Shown here: positions 61,528-64,000 of the stretch, in pieces
Numbering within the stretch: the stretch's first letter is position 1
How the letters are laid out: every line of letters starts with the position of its first letter
NCBI RefSeq assembly: GCF_041595635.1
Contig: NZ_JBFHJW010000017.1
Span: 2,883 to 66,882, forward strand
Reading direction: 5' to 3'
DNA: 64,000 bases
Origin: Labilibaculum sp.
Lineage (GTDB): Bacteria > Bacteroidota > Bacteroidia > Bacteroidales > Marinifilaceae
Program-made: the position numbers and the translations under genes
The notes under the pieces: generated by a model
Databases searched by the model: none
What the model saw: the letters and a program-made list of their open reading frames with translations, nothing else
Told to the model about the DNA's origin: nothing

Positions 61528-61761
61528 TTATTCAAGTAGGGGAAGGATTGATCCAATCGAAAGTAGCTGAGAAATGAAAAACAGAATTTTTGTTTGGATG
61601 TGTCTTGTATTGGCGAGTTCAACAGAAAATTGACGATAGAATAAATTGGTGCCCAATTGATCAATTTCCTTAGAATAGATAAATTGTTCTCCATCACGCA
61701 AGTGAATTTGAAATTCCCGAATTCCTAATTTTTCTAGTTTTGCGTAAATTTGATTATACAT
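61528..61761 (-). CDS. Hypothetical small protein (77 aa)
   Basis: ATG-initiated ORF in an otherwise unassigned 800-bp gap. No family recognised. An overlapping alternative ORF (61446..61697) makes the call uncertain. Confidence 0.25.
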   Translation of the reverse strand: MYNQIYAKLEKLGIREFQIHLRDGEQFIYSKEIDQLGTNLFYRQFSVELANTRHIQTKILFFISQLLSIGSILPLLE

Positions 61762-61809
61762 GCCAATTATGCTATGTCGGATAATATTAATATTTTGTGG
61801 TTTTCTAGT

Positions 61810-62016
61810 TTATACTTGTTGAAGAGGTTGGAGTAAATTGTCCTTATTTATCTCATAATTAAACACATAATATGAAATTTCTTCTGAGTTATTGGTAACA
61901 CATTTAATATGATCTTTTAGTTTGGAAATTTTGGATTGATCATACAGGGTTGAAGATAAATTTCTTAGTATTATAAGAGAACCAATTAGTACACTCCAGG
62001 TAAGGATGAAAGTCAT
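61810..62016 (-). CDS. Hypothetical small membrane-anchored protein (about 68 aa from the ATG; 75 aa from the TTG at 62037)
   Basis: N-terminal TM MTFILTWSVLIGSLIIL. A candidate minus-strand -7 box TACTTTTG (62084-62091) lies upstream. Confidence 0.3.
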   Translation of the reverse strand: MTFILTWSVLIGSLIILRNLSSTLYDQSKISKLKDHIKCVTNNSEEISYYVFNYEINKDNLLQPLQQV

Positions 62017-62072
62017 TAAGTAAACTTGGTTTTTCAAGACAGATGTTTTTTAGGTTCACAGAAATATACAGT

Positions 62073-62080
62073 TACGTTTG
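62073..62080 (+). promoter_or_regulatory. Candidate -7 promoter box (TACGTTTG) for the yjbR-like gene
   Basis: Exact TAnnTTTG match about 60 nt upstream of the ATG at 62142. It sits back-to-back with the minus-strand box at 62084-62091. Confidence 0.35.
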
Positions 62081-62141
62081 CGGCAAAAGTATTTACATTT
62101 ACTTTTTATCAGTTAATTAAAACTTAACAATGCTTTAAATC

Positions 62142-62495
62142 ATGAATATTGAAAAATTGCGAGAGTATTGTCTTTCCATGAAGGCAGTGAGTGAAAGCTT
62201 TCCTTTTGATGAGGAAATTTTGGTTTTTAAGGTGCTTGATAAAATGTTCCTGCTTACAAATATAACAGGAGAACTACGAATGAATGTGAAATGCGAGCCA
62301 GAAAAAGCCATTGAATTACGGGAGACTTATTTGTCGGTTTTGCCCGGGTATCATATGAATAAAAAATATTGGAATACAGTTGTAATAGATGGCAGTATTT
62401 CGGATAAACAGCTTGAGGAGTGGATTAACGATTCGTATGATGAGGTGGTGAAGAAGATGAGTAAAAAGAAGCAGAATGAATTAGGTAATTTATAA
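62142..62495 (+). CDS. MmcQ/YjbR family DNA-binding protein
   Basis: 117 aa. The N-terminus LREYCLSMKAVSESFPFDEEILVFKVLDKMF and the segment PGYHMNKKYWNTV are typical of YjbR. Confidence 0.8.
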   Translation: MNIEKLREYCLSMKAVSESFPFDEEILVFKVLDKMFLLTNITGELRMNVKCEPEKAIELRETYLSVLPGYHMNKKYWNTVVIDGSISDKQLEEWINDSYDEVVKKMSKKKQNELGNL

Positions 62496-62554
62496 TAGAT
62501 GACAATAAGGAGTATTTAATCAACTATAGTACTAATAACCATTACAGGAATACA

Positions 62555-63736
62555 ATGAATAAAACAGTAGCAATATTTATTAGTTTGGCCTTTTTTGCTT
62601 GTAATCAGATTTGGGCACAAGAAGTAGAAACGCAACAGAAAGTGTTTACAACATTGGTAGATTTACCCGTAACATCTGTGAAAAATCAGCAAAGTACAGG
62701 TACATGTTGGAGTTTTGCCACCATTTCTTTTATCGAGTCGGAATTGCTTCGTTTGGGGAATTCTAAATCTGATTTATCGGAAATGTATATTGTTCGGTGG
62801 GCATATTCGCAAAAAGCTAAGCGTTATTTTCATTTGCATGGGAAAGGAAATTATAGCGAAGGAGGGCAGGCTCATGATGTACTTAATGTAGTAAGAGAAC
62901 ATGGTTTCGTACCAGAGAGTGTTTATTCTGGAAATCAGTATGGAAGTGATTTTCATATTCATAAAGAAATGGTAGAGTCGACCAAAGCGATGTTGGATGT
63001 GATAGTCACCAATCCGAATCGAAAAGTGACTCCAGTGTGGGAGGAATCGGTTAATGCTGTGTTGGATACCTATATGGGCAAAACGCCCAAAAATTTTGTA
63101 TTAAATGGAGTAGAGTACACTCCTGTTTCGTATGCGAAAAAAATGGGCTTTAATGCCGATGATTATGTGGAACTGACTTCCTATGCTGATTATTCTTACT
63201 ATCAGACAGTGGATTTAGAGGTTCCAGATAACTGGTCGGATGATTTGTATTATAATGTACAATTGAACGATTTGATGGCGATTATTAATCATGCTCTTAG
63301 GAATGGTTTTACTGTTTGTTGGGATGGTGATGTGAGTGAGAAAGGATTCTCTCATCGTGATGGTTATGCAGTGTTGCCAGCAACAAAAGCAGTAGATATG
63401 AGCGATTCGGAAATTGCCAAATGGGAAAATAATTTAGCTGATAATAAGGGCGATACATCCTCAGATAATCGTGAGCTTACCGTAGATGAGAATCTTCGTC
63501 AAGTGACTTTTGATAATTACGAAACTACCGATGATCATTTGATGCACCTAACAGGAATTGTGAAAGATCAGAATGGAACGGTTTATTACAAAACAAAAAA
63601 TTCCTGGGCTGATAACAGCAATGAGTATGGTGGTTATTTAAACATGAGCGAAGCTTATGTGAAGTTAAAAACAGTGGCGATTATGGTACATAAAGATGCC
63701 ATTCCTAGTGAAATTAAAAAGAAATTGGGTTTGTAA
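62555..63736 (+). CDS. C1-family cysteine aminopeptidase (PepC/bleomycin-hydrolase-like), secreted
   Basis: 393 aa with a signal peptide, catalytic Cys motif QQSTGTCWSFA and a His region DDHLMHLTG followed by KNSW. Confidence 0.85.
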   Translation: MNKTVAIFISLAFFACNQIWAQEVETQQKVFTTLVDLPVTSVKNQQSTGTCWSFATISFIESELLRLGNSKSDLSEMYIVRWAYSQKAKRYFHLHGKGNYSEGGQAHDVLNVVREHGFVPESVYSGNQYGSDFHIHKEMVESTKAMLDVIVTNPNRKVTPVWEESVNAVLDTYMGKTPKNFVLNGVEYTPVSYAKKMGFNADDYVELTSYADYSYYQTVDLEVPDNWSDDLYYNVQLNDLMAIINHALRNGFTVCWDGDVSEKGFSHRDGYAVLPATKAVDMSDSEIAKWENNLADNKGDTSSDNRELTVDENLRQVTFDNYETTDDHLMHLTGIVKDQNGTVYYKTKNSWADNSNEYGGYLNMSEAYVKLKTVAIMVHKDAIPSEIKKKLGL

Positions 63737-63853
63737 AACTGTTTGAATAAAGATAGGCTGTTGTTAATAGGGCAGGTTTTTATTAATAAATCGATTTATT
63801 AGGACTTGTTGAGAAGTGCAGGTAATTATTATGGTAAGAGTCGTTGAAATCGC

Positions 63854-63861
63854 TACATTTG
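63854..63861 (+). promoter_or_regulatory. Candidate -7 promoter box (TACATTTG)
   Basis: Exact TAnnTTTG match about 70 nt upstream of the ATG at 63931. Confidence 0.35.
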
Positions 63862-63930
63862 TATAATTGTCGTTTTTTTATCGAAAGAGGATATAAATTG
63901 AAAAATCAAGATTTTATTAGAGTGGATATT

Positions 63931-64000
63931 ATGAAGAACAAGGTATTAGTAACTGGTGGAACTGGATTTATTGGTTCTCACACTGTTGTGGAATTACAGA
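63931..64000 (+). CDS. NAD-dependent epimerase (UDP-glucose 4-epimerase-like), 5' fragment running off the right edge
   Basis: My translation from the ATG at 63931 is MKNKVLVTGGTGFIGSHTVVELQ, a classic extended-SDR Rossmann start. Only 23 codons are visible. Confidence 0.7.
   Translation, partial: MKNKVLVTGGTGFIGSHTVVELQ

Noticed and set aside
1-64000. Searched for tRNA/rRNA genes, CRISPR repeats, transposase/integrase/recombinase genes, phage or defence-system genes, and large direct or inverted repeats
   Set aside because: None found by reading both strands. All long ORFs are accounted for by housekeeping, envelope or regulatory functions, so I do not claim a mobile or defence island in this window.

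Overview
This is an AT-rich chromosomal segment that I assign to Bacteroidota. The basis is the gliding/T9SS genes gldA and porP-gldK-gldL-gldM-gldN, many lipoprotein signals, TAnnTTTG -7 promoter boxes and the absence of Shine-Dalgarno sequences. The window is dominated by about 55 densely packed housekeeping genes. These include ispG (truncated at the left edge), metK, ileS-dksA-like-lspA, rnr, cysS, topA, a class A PBP, radA, panDC, glmS, metG, an MlaEF-like ABC pair and manC. There is also a CHASE3-type hybrid histidine kinase convergent with a sigma-54 enhancer-binding response regulator, and a galE-like gene truncated at the right edge. I saw no rRNA or tRNA genes, CRISPR arrays, transposases, integrases, phage genes or recognisable defence systems, so most of the window is ordinary core genome. 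The strongest second-look signal is a well-conserved cobalamin riboswitch (49086-49250, + strand) with no gene to regulate. It sits between the convergent PBP1A and radA genes and is followed only by a 44-codon ORF and a perfect 26-nt palindrome that straddles the radA stop codon. Weaker signals are listed below:
- a possible SAM-II/V-like pseudoknot in the long metK leader;
- a His-rich two-TM miniprotein coupled to a TonB-dependent receptor;
- two apparent pseudoenzymes: a GlpD-like protein without the FAD GxGxxG motif, and a short amidohydrolase-like protein lacking HxH and the strand-8 Asp, next to a radical SAM gene;
- a pair of small ORFs beside an orphan receiver gene.
All functional calls come from reading motifs in the supplied translations. 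No database search was run.
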